From NCBI GenBank assembly GCA_947174785.1, contig CAMWKG010000030.1:1-24000 (forward strand): a DNA stretch of 24,000 nucleotides, written 5' to 3'. A program made the translations under genes and the position numbers. Below the pieces are notes generated by a model. The model did not search any database. It was not told where the DNA came from and saw only the letters and a program-made list of their open reading frames with translations. How positions within the stretch are numbered: the stretch's first letter is position 1; each line of letters begins with the position of its first letter. The DNA comes from an uncultured Mollicutes bacterium (lineage in GTDB: Bacteria; Bacillota_I; Bacilli_A; Acholeplasmatales; Anaeroplasmataceae). Positions 23,570 through 24,000 of the stretch are shown in pieces.

Positions 23570-24000
23570 ATGGATATCTTTACAGATTATGCCAATTGGA
23601 AATTTGAAAACCATGATTTCATTTTCCAGCTTGTAAACACACAAAGTAAAACGATATCTCGATTTACTGCAGTTATTGCAGTGGTAGATTATCTATATGA
23701 TAAGTATATCAAAAAAGGAACTTTGACTTCTGATGAAGAAGTCTTCTTTTCTGTTGGCTTCGACTATATACACGATAATTTTTATACCATTAAAACAATT
23801 TTAGATTACAAATTTAATGGGGACTATACTGAAATGGAGCGCTTTGCAAAAACTATCAATTTATTATTGTATGTTCATGAATTTCAATCTGAATTATTAA
23901 ATCAAAATTTAGACTTAACAAAAGATATGAAGCCTCTAGACACATTTGAAGAAACAATAAATGGATATTTAGACCGTAAAGAAGAAATTCCAGATGCTCT
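23570..24000 (+). CDS. Hypothetical protein (3' end outside the window)
   Basis: ATG 23570 is preceded by GAGG. The frame (MDIFTDYANWKFENHDFIFQLVNTQSK...) stays open to the window end. It is absent from the ORF track because no stop is reached. No motif recognised. Confidence 0.55.
   Translation, partial: MDIFTDYANWKFENHDFIFQLVNTQSKTISRFTAVIAVVDYLYDKYIKKGTLTSDEEVFFSVGFDYIHDNFYTIKTILDYKFNGDYTEMERFAKTINLLLYVHEFQSELLNQNLDLTKDMKPLDTFEETINGYLDRKEEIPDA

Noticed and set aside
1-24000. CRISPR arrays, tRNA/rRNA genes, IS elements, integrases, prophage structural genes
   Set aside because: I saw no regularly spaced direct repeats, no cloverleaf-compatible GTTCRA-containing segments in intergenic regions, and no transposase or recombinase motifs (DDE, or the tyrosine/serine recombinase RHRY) in any ORF product.

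Overview
AT-rich, low-GC Gram-positive (Firmicutes-type) chromosomal segment. The exact taxon cannot be determined from this window. All coordinates and motifs were hand-read from the sequence and ORF track; no searches were run.

Ordinary content: a fused ABC ATPase/FtsX permease (5' partial), a P-type Ca2+-ATPase, glmS, an S66 LD-carboxypeptidase-like gene, and a two-component system (OmpR-type regulator plus histidine kinase) upstream of an ABC ATPase and a double-FtsX permease. These are followed by a hemolysin-III family protein, yabP/yabQ-like sporulation genes, a membrane-tethered XRE regulator, a lipoprotein, lysS and a partial hypothetical gene.

The stand-out region is an accessory block between glmS and the LD-carboxypeptidase gene (about 6148-12500, minus strand). 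(1) An 891-896 aa protein has a C-terminal third collinear with the McrB AAA+ GTPase motor. Its N-terminus is not a DNA-reader domain but about 490 aa with about 12 predicted transmembrane helices. (2) A translationally coupled 515-520 aa partner has a McrC/DUF2357-like N-terminal motif and C-terminal CxxC zinc ribbons. (3) Behind a perfect TTGACA-17-TATAAT promoter sits a tandem pair of paralogous unknown proteins, one soluble and one with a 2-TM anchor. (4) A separately transcribed small protein has an HxxxH motif reminiscent of Barnase/EndoU/RelE-like nucleases. (5) A convergent, promoter-to-terminator structured small RNA candidate of about 110 nt follows.

I interpret (1)-(2), possibly with (3), as a candidate membrane-anchored McrBC-type system of unknown, possibly defensive, function.

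I also found a 24-nt box with 11-bp-spaced direct half-sites. It is conserved 21/24 and lies exactly 19 nt from the -10 hexamer upstream of both the two-component operon and the ABC operon. It is the probable response-regulator operator.

No CRISPR array, tRNA, rRNA, transposase or integrase was seen.
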